NCBI GenBank assembly: GCA_965219385.1
Contig: CBDCNM010000002.1
Span: forward strand, 3,048,305-3,112,304
Length of the DNA stretch: 64,000 bases
Source of the DNA: Candidatus Latescibacterota bacterium
GTDB taxonomy: Bacteria; Latescibacterota; UBA2968; UBA8231
Reading direction: 5' to 3'
The position numbers and the translations under genes were made by a program. Each line of letters starts with the position of its first letter. Position 1 is the stretch's first letter. The notes under the pieces are model-generated. The model had not been told where the DNA came from, ran no database searches, and saw only the letters and a list, made by a program, of their open reading frames with translations. Below are positions 1 through 9,070 of this stretch, in pieces.

Positions 1-1
1 A

Positions 2-706
2 CTGACGATCGGAGCGGCCGTGCCCTGCCACCGGCTCTACGGGGATGCAGAGGTCGTCGAGCGCTATCCGGGGCTGATCGATTCGGCCGCCATCATCGGC
101 GGCATCCAGATTCAGGGACGGGCCACTTTTGGCGGCAACCTGTGCAATGCCTCGCCGAGTGCGGATACCATCCCGTCCCTGATCGCCTATGGCGCAACCT
201 GCGAGATTGCAGGGCCCAACGGCAGGCGCCAGGTGGCGGTGGAGGATTTTTGCACCGCTCCGGGCCAGAGCGTGCTGCAGCTGGGCGAACTCCTGGTCGC
301 TTTGCGGATCCCCCCGGTGCGCAAGCACTCGGGGGCGCATTATCTGCGTTTCATTCCGCGCAACGAGATGGACATCGCCGTAGTCGGGGCGGGGGCCTAC
401 GTGGAGTTGGCCAACCGCAAAAAGGAATTCAAAGCGGTCCGCATCGGACTGGCCGCGGTGGCGCCGACGCCCCTGTTCGCCAGGGCGGCCGGCGAACTGC
501 TGGTGGGCCGTCCGGTGAGCCCTGAGGCCATCGAGGAGGCGGCCGAAGCCGCCAAGGGCATTGCGCGGCCGATTTCGGATATGCGCGGCCCCGCGGATTT
601 CCGCACTCACCTGGTGGGCGTGCTGACCAGGCGGGCCCTGAACGGGGCCATCGAACGGGCGCGCGGCAATTTTGTCGCCAATGCCGTCCAGGAAGCAGCG
701 GGTTAA
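2..706 (+). CDS. Xanthine dehydrogenase/CoxM-family FAD-binding subunit (5' partial)
   Basis: IGGIQIQGRATFGGNLCNASPSAD FAD-binding motif; frame stays open upstream to the window edge (LTIGAAV). Confidence 0.9.
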   Translation: MTIGAAVPCHRLYGDAEVVERYPGLIDSAAIIGGIQIQGRATFGGNLCNASPSADTIPSLIAYGATCEIAGPNGRRQVAVEDFCTAPGQSVLQLGELLVALRIPPVRKHSGAHYLRFIPRNEMDIAVVGAGAYVELANRKKEFKAVRIGLAAVAPTPLFARAAGELLVGRPVSPEAIEEAAEAAKGIARPISDMRGPADFRTHLVGVLTRRALNGAIERARGNFVANAVQEAAG

Positions 707-724
707 ACCTCAAGCACCTAAGCA

Positions 725-750
725 GGTCCCATCCTCGGATGGGACCCTTT
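725..750 (+). other. Intra-operon hairpin
   Basis: GGTCCCATCC-TC-GGATGGGACC perfect inverted repeat followed by CTTT, between the M and S subunit genes. Confidence 0.6.
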
Positions 751-769
751 AAATGGAGCAAGTGGATCA

Positions 770-1237
770 ATGAGTAAAGTTCACGTTCAGACCAAGATCA
801 ACGGAGAAGAAGTCGAGTTTCTCTGCGAACTCCGCCAGAGTCTGCTCGAAGTGCTGCGCGAGGAACTCGGTTTCACCGGAACCAAGGAGGGCTGCAACGA
901 CGGAAATTGCGGCGCCTGCAGTACCATTATCGACGGAGTCCTGGTGGACTCCTGCCTGGTGCTGGCCGTCGAAGCCCAGGACAAGGAGATCACCACGGTC
1001 GAGGGTCTGGCCACGCCCATGGAGCTGCATCCCCTGCAGCAGAAGTTCCTCGAGCACGCCAGCCTGCAGTGCGGCGTCTGCACCCCGGGCTTCCTGGTAG
1101 CTGCCAAGTCCCTGCTCGACCACAACCCCAATCCCACCGAACACGAGGTGCGTCACTGGCTGGCCGGCAATCTGTGCCGCTGCACCGGGTACGACAAGAT
1201 CGTCCGGGCGGTGCTGGATGCCGCGCAGGCCGGATAG
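770..1237 (+). CDS. (2Fe-2S)-binding subunit, CoxS/XdhC family
   Basis: GCNDGNCGACS, QCGVCTPG and GNLCRCTGY motifs. Confidence 0.95.
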   Translation: MSKVHVQTKINGEEVEFLCELRQSLLEVLREELGFTGTKEGCNDGNCGACSTIIDGVLVDSCLVLAVEAQDKEITTVEGLATPMELHPLQQKFLEHASLQCGVCTPGFLVAAKSLLDHNPNPTEHEVRHWLAGNLCRCTGYDKIVRAVLDAAQAG

Positions 1238-1265
1238 CCCGTTCCTGTAAAAGGAGGAAACACCC

Positions 1266-3557
1266 ATGTCGTCCACTAATGGAAACTACAAGGTCATCGG
1301 CACCCGTCCCATCCGCCACGACGGCACGGACAAGGTGACCGGTCGGGCCGTATATGGCGGGGATACGCGGTTGCCGGGTATGCTCTATGGCCAGGTCCTG
1401 CGCAGTCCCCACGCCCACGCCCGCATCAAGTCGATCGACACCAGCAAGGCCGAGGCCCTGGAGGGGGTCCGCGCGGTGGTCACGGCCAAAGATTTGCCCG
1501 GCACCGGTCCCGAGGAGATGGTGGATCTGGGGGAGGGGCCGGCCAAACTGAAATACATGCGCGACAACGTTCTGGCCTCTGACAAGGCCCTCTACAGGGG
1601 GCATGCGATCGCCGCGGTGGCGGCCACCAGCCCGCACATTGCGGACGAAGCCCTGGGCCTGATCGAGGTGGAGTACGAGGTATTGCCTACGGCGATGACG
1701 GTGCACGAAGCCATGAAGGAGGATGCCCCCCTGGTGCACGAGGACCTGACCACTCAGGAGATGGGCGAGGACACCGGCGTGCACAGCAATATCACCACCC
1801 ACGTCCTCTACGAGTTGGGCGACCCCCAAAAGGCCTTTGCCGAAGCCGCTGTCGTGGTCGAGCGCGAGGTCGACACCGCGACCGTGCACCAGGGCTATAT
1901 CGAACCGCACAATGCCACGGCCGTGTGGAATCCGGACGGTTATTTGACCGTCTGGACCAGCACTCAGGGGGCCTTCACCGCGCAGAAGCAGCTGGGCGCT
2001 GTCCTGGACTGTCCGGTTGCTAAAATCAAGGTGGTGCCCCAGGAGATCGGCGGGGGGTTCGGCGGCAAGATCCCCGTCTATTTGGAGCCGCCGGCGGCCC
2101 TGCTGTCCCGCAAGACCGGCCATCCGGTGAAGCTGATCATGACCCGGGCGGACGTGTTCGAGGGCACCGGGCCGACCCCGGGATCCTACGTGCGGGTCAA
2201 GATGGGCGTTGACGCCAGCGGCAGACTAATGGCGGCCGAGGGGTATCTGGCTTTTGAGGCCGGCGCCTATCCGGGCGGGCTGGTGGCCTGTGGCGTCATG
2301 TGCATTTTCGCCTGCTACGATATTCCCAACGGCACCATAGAGGGCTACGATGTGGTGGTGAACAAACCGCGGAGTTTCGCCTACCGGGCGCCGTGTTCCA
2401 CCCAGGTGTCTTTTGCCACCGAGACGGTGATGGACGAGATCGCCGCGCAGCTGAATATGGATCCGCTCGAGTTGCGTTTGAAGAACGCCGCCAAAGAGGG
2501 CACCCGGCGGATAGACGGGGTGGTGTACCCGCGGATTGGCTGCGCCGAATCCCTCGAGGAAATCGCCCAAAGCGAGCACTACAAGGCCCCGCTCACCGGG
2601 CCCAACCAGGGCCGCGGTATCGCCGTGGGCTACTGGTTCAACGTGGGCCTCAAGTCCAGTGTCACGGCCAGCGTGAACGGCGACGGCACCGTGAACCTGG
2701 TGGAGGGATCGACCGATATTGGCGGCACCCGGACCTCGATTGCCATGCAGTTTGCCGAGGTTCTGGGCCTGGCGGCAGAGGATATCAACCCATCCGTGGG
2801 CGATACCAATGCGGTTGGCTATACCGACGTGACCGGTGGTAGCCGAGTGACCTATGCCACGGGCTGGGCCGCGTACGAGGCGGCAAACGACGTCAAAGCA
2901 CAGATGCTCGAGCGGGCTGCCCTGCTCTGGGAGGTGGCCGCGGACGAAGTGGAGTTCGCGGATGGCGTCTTCCAGCACAAGAGCGCTGCGGACAAGCGCC
3001 TCAGTTTCAAGGAACTGGCCGGCCAGCTGGACGGGACCGGCGGTCCGGTCGTGGGCCAGGCCACGGTAGATCCGGATACCGGCGTGGGCGGTTCCTTCGC
3101 CGCCAATATCGTGGACGTAGAGGTGGATCCCGAGACCGGCAAAACCAGCATTCTCCGCTTCACCGTCATTCAAGACGCGGGCAAGGCCATTCACCCCAGC
3201 TATGTGGAGGGCCAGATGCAGGGCGGCTCGGTACAGGGCATTGGCTGGGCCCTGAACGAAGAGTACTTCTACGGCGATGATGGGGTTATGGCCAACTCGA
3301 CTCTGCTCGACTACCGCATCCCCACGGCTCTGGATTTGCCGATGATCGAAACCATCATCGTGGAAGTGCCCAATCCAGGACACCCCTTTGGGGTGCGCGG
3401 GGTGGGAGAGGCCAATATAGTTCCGCCGCCGGCGGCCATTGGCAATGCCATCAACAAAGCCATAGGGGTCCAGTTGCTGGAACTGCCCATGCGGCCGGAC
3501 CGGATTGTGGCTGCCTTGCAGCAAAAGAAAGCAGCCCAACCCCTAGCCGCAGGGTAG
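1266..3557 (+). CDS. Xanthine dehydrogenase family molybdopterin-binding subunit
   Basis: RSPHAHARI, GGGFGGK, EGQMQGGSVQGIGWAL and GVRGVGE motifs. Confidence 0.95.
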   Translation: MSSTNGNYKVIGTRPIRHDGTDKVTGRAVYGGDTRLPGMLYGQVLRSPHAHARIKSIDTSKAEALEGVRAVVTAKDLPGTGPEEMVDLGEGPAKLKYMRDNVLASDKALYRGHAIAAVAATSPHIADEALGLIEVEYEVLPTAMTVHEAMKEDAPLVHEDLTTQEMGEDTGVHSNITTHVLYELGDPQKAFAEAAVVVEREVDTATVHQGYIEPHNATAVWNPDGYLTVWTSTQGAFTAQKQLGAVLDCPVAKIKVVPQEIGGGFGGKIPVYLEPPAALLSRKTGHPVKLIMTRADVFEGTGPTPGSYVRVKMGVDASGRLMAAEGYLAFEAGAYPGGLVACGVMCIFACYDIPNGTIEGYDVVVNKPRSFAYRAPCSTQVSFATETVMDEIAAQLNMDPLELRLKNAAKEGTRRIDGVVYPRIGCAESLEEIAQSEHYKAPLTGPNQGRGIAVGYWFNVGLKSSVTASVNGDGTVNLVEGSTDIGGTRTSIAMQFAEVLGLAAEDINPSVGDTNAVGYTDVTGGSRVTYATGWAAYEAANDVKAQMLERAALLWEVAADEVEFADGVFQHKSAADKRLSFKELAGQLDGTGGPVVGQATVDPDTGVGGSFAANIVDVEVDPETGKTSILRFTVIQDAGKAIHPSYVEGQMQGGSVQGIGWALNEEYFYGDDGVMANSTLLDYRIPTALDLPMIETIIVEVPNPGHPFGVRGVGEANIVPPPAAIGNAINKAIGVQLLELPMRPDRIVAALQQKKAAQPLAAG

Positions 3558-3561
3558 ACCT

Positions 3562-3825
3562 ATGCCGACGGTGTGGATCCCTTCCTTGATGCAGAAATTG
3601 ACCGGGGGGCAGTCCCAGGTCGAGGTAGAAGGCAGCACAGTCCGCGAGGTGGTCGAAAACCTCGAGGTCGCCTTTCCCGGGTTCAAGGCGCGGATTTGCG
3701 AGAATGACCGGATCCGTGCCAATCTGGCTGTGGCCATAGACGGCGAGATTTCCAATGAAGGCATGCGCAGGAAGGTAGGCCCCCAGAGCGAGGTGCATTT
3801 TCTGCCGGCTCTGGCCGGAGGTTAA
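3562..3825 (+). CDS. MoaD/ThiS family ubiquitin-like sulfur carrier
   Basis: 87 aa, C-terminal LPALAGG. Confidence 0.9.
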   Translation: MPTVWIPSLMQKLTGGQSQVEVEGSTVREVVENLEVAFPGFKARICENDRIRANLAVAIDGEISNEGMRRKVGPQSEVHFLPALAGG

Positions 3826-3848
3826 ACAGGTTGTCGTAGATTTTTCCA

Positions 3849-3882
3849 GGCCTATCCGAGTTTTTTCGGATAGGCCCTTTTT
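3849..3882 (+). terminator. Rho-independent terminator
   Basis: GGCCTATCCGA/TCGGATAGGCC stem followed by CTTTTT. Confidence 0.85.
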
Positions 3883-3997
3883 ATGGTGCAGATTTTTGCA
3901 CTTTTCTGGTTTTATTCCCTCTCTCTCTTTTTCTGGAATATTTCTCAATATCTTTAACTCTTTCTCCAGCAAAACTTTAGTGCGATTAAACAGGTTG

Positions 3998-4014
3998 TTG
4001 GCATAGAATTTGCG
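3998..4014 (+). promoter_or_regulatory. Putative sigma54 (-24/-12) promoter
   Basis: TTGGCATAGAATTTGC = GG-N10-GC, upstream of the sigma70 gene. Confidence 0.65.
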
Positions 4015-4304
4015 GTTACTTGTCAGCGACAGGTTCTCTCCCGAATTTGTCCTTTCTCATCTCCGAAGTTCTTTGAGGATATAACTCTCTGTAGATACAG
4101 TAGATCTGGGTAGTGACCCCAAAGGGCCACGAGGAAGCGGGGGCCTTTAAGTCGAAAAGGGGAGAGTGCAAATTATGCACCTCATGATTTTTTTCCTTAA
4201 ACTAAGATTCCTTTAAACTTAGATCTGTTTGGTGCAGTGGAACAGCTGCAGGAGCGCAATCTAGGCAGGTGCAAAAATTGCACGTAAACAAGGTATAAAG
4301 CAAA

Positions 4305-5174
4305 ATGGGACTGACCAAGTATCAAGTGGTGAACGACGAGGGCAATGCCCTGCGCCTCTATTTCGATGATATCGTAACCTCAAAGCCGCTGTCGCGGGCC
4401 AAGGAAGTAGAACTGGCCGAGCGGATTCAAGAAGGAGATTTGCAGGCCCGCGACAAGCTGGTGCAGGCCAACTTGCGGTTTGTAATCGACGTGGCCAAGA
4501 ACTACCAGAACCGCGGGTTGTCGCTTTCCGACCTGATCGGCGCCGGCAACCTTGGTTTGCTGACCGCGGCCGAACGTTTCGACGGCACCAAAGGCTACAA
4601 GTTTATTTCCTACGCGGTGTGGTGGATCCGGCAATCCATCATGCAAAGTATCGCCGAGCAAGCTCGCACCGTGCGTTTGCCCCTCAACAAGTTGAGCCTG
4701 CTCAAGGACATCACCAGGGTCTCTAGGCGTCTGGGGCAGGGTAGCGAGAGCGAGCCCGATGTCGAGGAGATCGCCGAGGAACTGGATGTGGCCGCCGAGG
4801 AAGTACTGGACACCCTGCTCAGCGCCCGCAGCATCCGCTCCCTGGATGAGTCCTTTGAGGACGACGACCGCAGTCTGCAGAGCATCCTGCCGGATACCAG
4901 GCAGGATGCTCCGGATGTCGGCGTACTCGACGAGGCAGTCAGGGCACAAATTGACGACCTGCTGGAAGTCCTGGATGAGCGCGAGTGTTATATCATCCGG
5001 CTTTACTTTGGTCTGGATGGCGAGGAACCACTGACCCTGGAGCAGATCGGCGGCCTGATGAACCTGACCCGGGAGCGGGTGCGCCAGCTCAAGGAGCGGG
5101 CCCTGGGCAAGCTTCGCGATCCGGAGCGCTACGAGGCCCTGCTGTCCTTGATAGACGAGACCGAGGTGTACTGA
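4305..5174 (+). CDS. RNA polymerase sigma factor, RpoD/SigA family (lacks region 1.1)
   Basis: ANLRFV, KFISYAVWWIRQ (region 2) and TLEQIG..LTRERVRQ (region 4). Confidence 0.95.
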   Translation: MGLTKYQVVNDEGNALRLYFDDIVTSKPLSRAKEVELAERIQEGDLQARDKLVQANLRFVIDVAKNYQNRGLSLSDLIGAGNLGLLTAAERFDGTKGYKFISYAVWWIRQSIMQSIAEQARTVRLPLNKLSLLKDITRVSRRLGQGSESEPDVEEIAEELDVAAEEVLDTLLSARSIRSLDESFEDDDRSLQSILPDTRQDAPDVGVLDEAVRAQIDDLLEVLDERECYIIRLYFGLDGEEPLTLEQIGGLMNLTRERVRQLKERALGKLRDPERYEALLSLIDETEVY

Positions 5175-5194
5175 GCAAACCGTAGAGAGGTATT

Positions 5195-5521
5195 ATGTAC
5201 GAGCTGACAACCGACACAGAAGATCTCCTGATAGATGCGGTGCAGTCTGAAGACCAGGATTGGGTCCGGCTGGACGAACTGGTGGGAGAAACACCGGGTA
5301 GCGACAGGGCCGGCGAGGCCGCCCGCGACCAGATCAACGCACTTTTGAAGACCTTGAGCGCGTGGGAACGGGCTGCCATCTGTCGTTGCTTCGGCCTCGA
5401 AAGTCAGGAGGAGGTGGCCCTGGAAAAGGACGGTAGCCAGATAGAAGTGGTTCGGCTGGTGGAACGGGCGCTGCGTCGGCTGCGCGAGCCAGAGCGCTGT
5501 CAGGACCTACCGGCATGCTGA
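5195..5521 (+). CDS. Small protein resembling a degenerate sigma70 region 4
   Basis: DQINALLKTLSAWERAAICRCFGL...ERALRRLREPER aligns by eye with the upstream sigma C-terminus; own RBS (GAGG). Confidence 0.6.
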   Translation: MYELTTDTEDLLIDAVQSEDQDWVRLDELVGETPGSDRAGEAARDQINALLKTLSAWERAAICRCFGLESQEEVALEKDGSQIEVVRLVERALRRLREPERCQDLPAC

Positions 5522-5530
5522 TCTCCTCAT

Positions 5531-5989
5531 TCACCTCCTGCCCGTGGAACCAAAGCCGCTGGTGCCGCGAGTGGATGTTTCCAGTTCCTCCACCTCCAGT
5601 AATTCGGCACGGGTAACAGGGGCAAAGATCAACTGGGCGATCCGGTCGCCCGGTTCGATGCGTTTCTCCTCCTGGGACAGATTGATCAGGACGACGCCGA
5701 TATCGCCGCGGTAATCCGCATCGATGGTACCCGGGGCATTGAGCACGGTCAGGCCCTGCTTCAGGGCCAGACCGCTGCGGGGCCGCACCTGGGCTTCGTA
5801 ACCAGAGGGGATCTCCAGGCGCAAGCCCGAGGGGATCAACATGCGCTCACCCGGAGCCAGGACCACAGGCTGGCCGAGGTGGGCGCGCAGGTCCATGCCG
5901 GCGCTGGCCACGGTCTCGTAGGTCGGCAGGGGGTTGGAAGTCTGGCGCGCAATCCGAACCTCGATCTGTCCTCTACTCTCGGGTTTCAC
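5531..5989 (-). CDS. dut: dUTP diphosphatase
   Basis: AGMDL, RPRSGLA, GTIDADYRG and RGTSGFGSTG motifs. Confidence 0.97.
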   Translation of the reverse strand: MKPESRGQIEVRIARQTSNPLPTYETVASAGMDLRAHLGQPVVLAPGERMLIPSGLRLEIPSGYEAQVRPRSGLALKQGLTVLNAPGTIDADYRGDIGVVLINLSQEEKRIEPGDRIAQLIFAPVTRAELLEVEELETSTRGTSGFGSTGRR

Positions 5990-7167
5990 GAAACCGTGTC
6001 CTTGTAGTTGGCGTCCCAGCGCTGCTTCAAGATCTGCAGGTAGCCGATCCCGATTGTGTACGTGGTTGAGCTGAAGAAGCTGAGAACACCGGCGATGAAA
6101 ACGATCAAAAAGCGCCGCGGCCGGGCGTGTTCCTCGGCCGGAACGGCATAGTCCAGCACCTGGACCGTCGAAGTGGTATTGCTGGACTCGATGAGAGCTT
6201 CGGCTTCCTGTTGCAACAGCATCTGCATCAGGGCCTTCTGCACCAGCACCTCCTTCTCTATATTGGCGTACTCCAGGGCCACCTCGGGAATATCGCGCAA
6301 CGGCAGGAACAGGTTCTCATCCAGTTGAAGTTGCTTGCCGGCCTTCCTGGCCGAGGGGATGTTTTTTCCATCCCGCAGGATGATCAGGGCCTGGTTGCGC
6401 TGGTCGATCTTCTCCTCTATTTCCCGCACCTTGGGATGGGTTGAGGTGAAGCCCTGGTTTACCATGATGTTGCGGGTCATGGTCAGCTCTATGATTTCCA
6501 TCTGGATGGCCGCGGCCGCGTTGATCACGGCCCCGGCCTGGTTTTCGATGGAGATGGCGTTGTGTTCGGACTGGAATTCCTGCAGCTTCTCCATGACCAC
6601 TCCCAGCTTTTGGCTTTCTCTGTCCAGCAAGTCCCGGATGAATTGCAGGCGGTCCTTAGCGCCTGTCTGGGTAAGTCTCTTGTTGGTGCTGTCCAACACC
6701 ACCAGGTAGTGATTGGTCATGGCCGCGGCCTGCTCCGGACTTTCATCAAGCACCGTGACCAGGATGGTGCCTTCTTCGCTTTTTTCGACCGTGGTCAACT
6801 CGGCCAGGGTCTCGACCGCGTCCGTCATGGTCTCGGATTCGTATTGTTCCATCAGGTTGAATCGCTCTATCATCCTCCGGTGCGTGGTTGGACTTTTCAA
6901 GGTGGCGATGAAGATGTCGGCCGGGGTGCCCTTTTCGCCCAGGCGCAAAGCGGGAATGGGCAGATCCGAGAGCAGGTCGGCAAAGCCGAACCCCTTCTTC
7001 TGTTCTTTGGGGGGCAGAATCTGGACCGTGGATTCGTATTGCTCGGTCAGGACGTAGGAGAAGCCGGTGGCCAGGGCGCAGATGATCAGGGTGCCGCCGA
7101 GGATCAAGCGTCTGCCTACATAGAGGATGGCCAGCAGATCGAGGATTTCGACTTTTTGTTCGTTCAT
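5986..7167 (-). CDS. Wzz/GumC-family polysaccharide chain-length determinant
   Basis: N- and C-terminal TM helices, coiled coil, VLDYAVPAEEHARPRR. Confidence 0.85.
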   Translation of the reverse strand: MNEQKVEILDLLAILYVGRRLILGGTLIICALATGFSYVLTEQYESTVQILPPKEQKKGFGFADLLSDLPIPALRLGEKGTPADIFIATLKSPTTHRRMIERFNLMEQYESETMTDAVETLAELTTVEKSEEGTILVTVLDESPEQAAAMTNHYLVVLDSTNKRLTQTGAKDRLQFIRDLLDRESQKLGVVMEKLQEFQSEHNAISIENQAGAVINAAAAIQMEIIELTMTRNIMVNQGFTSTHPKVREIEEKIDQRNQALIILRDGKNIPSARKAGKQLQLDENLFLPLRDIPEVALEYANIEKEVLVQKALMQMLLQQEAEALIESSNTTSTVQVLDYAVPAEEHARPRRFLIVFIAGVLSFFSSTTYTIGIGYLQILKQRWDANYKDTVS

Positions 7168-7174
7168 GAGTAGA

Positions 7175-7226
7175 GCTCCTTAATTTCCAGTAGTTCCAGT
7201 GCTCCTTAATTTCCAGTAGTTCCAGT
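7175..7226. repeat. 26-bp perfect tandem duplication
   Basis: GCTCCTTAATTTCCAGTAGTTCCAGT x2, covering the stop codon and the downstream RBS. Confidence 0.95.
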
Positions 7227-8984
7227 GGCGGTGAGGAGGACCATTACGGTCAGGGCCACCTGGCTTGTGGTTTCCATACTTTGTCTGACAATCGACCACC
7301 AGTCGCGGTAGGGTTTCCTGGGGACCCAGATTTCATCGCTTTCTTCAACGATCAGATTCTTGGAGAATTCGTGGCGCAAGCCGGTTGTGGTGCGGATCAA
7401 ACGGGCTTCGTCCTGGTCGGCTCCCTTGGTATAACCACCGGCCCGCTTGATGTAGTAGTCCACATTGGCGTCCGGCACATAGGCCATCAGTCCGGGGTTT
7501 TTAAGGGCGCCGGTAATCTTGACGATCCCCTTATGTCGCGGTACGTAAAAGGCGTCTCCACCAAAGATTAGGATGTTATGGCTCTCGTCGCCTTCACGGA
7601 AAAGAGCCTCGAAGTCCACCACGATTCTGCCGCGCGGATCAATGGCCTTGGAGAGGAGATAAGCCTCTTCTTCCGGTCTTAACTCGCTGATCTTGCGCAG
7701 GGCTTGTACGCGTGCAAGCTCTGGTTCTGTTCTGTCCTTGAGACTGGTGCTGACCGCGGAGGCGTACCTGAGGTTGGCCTCCGCGGTAAAACCGCCGGCC
7801 ATTTCGACCAGATCCCGCAGCCTGGTTTTCCCCTCTTCGATGCGGTAGCGTCCGGTGTACCTGAGTTGCCCGAAAATCGAGGCGATAGGTTCAAACTGCC
7901 ACTCGGCGATGGTGCGTATGTAGATCTGATCCTTGGGCTGCACCCGGAAGTCGTCAAAGTCTTCGAACTGGATCCATTTACCAGAGCCGATTTCGCCGCC
8001 CAGGTGGATGACCTCGTAGTCCTCGCTGTCCTCTTTCCAGCGCCAGACCTCGGCGTATTCAATGGGGTCTTTGTTGCGCCGACCGCCCTTCAATTTCACC
8101 AGGTCCGCGATGGTATCGCCTTCGCGGTATTCCATTTTACCTGTCTGGAAGAAGGGGCCAAAGAGAGAGACCTCGTGCAAGCGGAAATTCACGTGGATCC
8201 GGTCACCCATTTGTATGTAGGGGTTGAGGCTCGGATCGCCGGTGGCCTGGAACATGGTTATGTCCAGGGTGTCTACTGTGCCGTCGGCGTGGGTCAACAG
8301 AACGGAGCGCCGGGCCGTGTCCCGGGTCTCCAGGCGCCGCACCCGGGCGGTCTTGCGCCCGGCGATCTCCTCGCTGATGGAGCCGCGCAGCTCGTCGATG
8401 AAGCCGCCGGATATGGCGATCACCTCGGAGACCCTCATATTCGGGTGCACCGTAATCCCGCCTTCACTGGTAACGGCGCCGGTTAGGTAGACGGTAAAGA
8501 AACGCATGCTGGTGAGATTCAGGGTCATTTCCACCCCTTCGTACCTTTCCTGGGCCGCGGCGAAGATGAGTTCTCTGACCTCGGTCAGGATTTTATCGGA
8601 GACCGCAAAATCGCCGACGGTGGGGATGAGGATATGGCCTTCCGGATCTACCCGCAATTTGTAGGATAGGTCGAATTCTCCCCATATGTAGAGCTGCAGC
8701 ACGTCGCCGGGACCGACGATGTAAGTGTCGGGATCGATGGGACGGTCCTGGCTGATGGACAAGCGCGGCTCTTCTTCTCCCTTGGGAAGGCGGATCCGCC
8801 CGAGGAATTCCTCTTCTTCCCCCAGTCCCGGGATCTCCGTCTCCAGGCGCTCCAATTCCTCCTCTTCTTCCTCGCCGACCGCTATGAGGTCCTCCAGTTC
8901 TTCCTCCTGAGCGAAGGCGCCGGGGAAGAATCCTGCCAGGCCCAGCAGCAGGGCTGTCAGGAAACACAACTTCCAGTGACTCAT
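7206..8984 (-). CDS. Polysaccharide export protein with SLBB domains (Wza/KpsD-like)
   Basis: Signal peptide; YIVGPGDVLQLYIWG Poly_export motif; repeated GG(F/Y)T..A SLBB motifs; start at 8984 has a GGAGG RBS. Confidence 0.88.
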   Translation of the reverse strand: MSHWKLCFLTALLLGLAGFFPGAFAQEEELEDLIAVGEEEEEELERLETEIPGLGEEEEFLGRIRLPKGEEEPRLSISQDRPIDPDTYIVGPGDVLQLYIWGEFDLSYKLRVDPEGHILIPTVGDFAVSDKILTEVRELIFAAAQERYEGVEMTLNLTSMRFFTVYLTGAVTSEGGITVHPNMRVSEVIAISGGFIDELRGSISEEIAGRKTARVRRLETRDTARRSVLLTHADGTVDTLDITMFQATGDPSLNPYIQMGDRIHVNFRLHEVSLFGPFFQTGKMEYREGDTIADLVKLKGGRRNKDPIEYAEVWRWKEDSEDYEVIHLGGEIGSGKWIQFEDFDDFRVQPKDQIYIRTIAEWQFEPIASIFGQLRYTGRYRIEEGKTRLRDLVEMAGGFTAEANLRYASAVSTSLKDRTEPELARVQALRKISELRPEEEAYLLSKAIDPRGRIVVDFEALFREGDESHNILIFGGDAFYVPRHKGIVKITGALKNPGLMAYVPDANVDYYIKRAGGYTKGADQDEARLIRTTTGLRHEFSKNLIVEESDEIWVPRKPYRDWWSIVRQSMETTSQVALTVMVLLTATGTTGN

Positions 8985-9070
8985 TTTTTCCTCCTGTTTT
9001 TCGCGTTGAAAAAAGATATGAAATTGCTGCCGATGAATCCACACCCCCCGGTTACCAGGAGTGTCTTCAT
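8981..9070 (-). pseudogene. rfbB: N-terminal remnant of dTDP-glucose 4,6-dehydratase-like gene
   Basis: MKTLLVTGGCGFIGSNFI, then ends at 29 aa. Confidence 0.75.

Noticed and set aside
1266..3557. Aerobic CO dehydrogenase (coxMSL)
   Set aside because: Gene order fits but the AYxCSFR loop and cox accessory genes are absent
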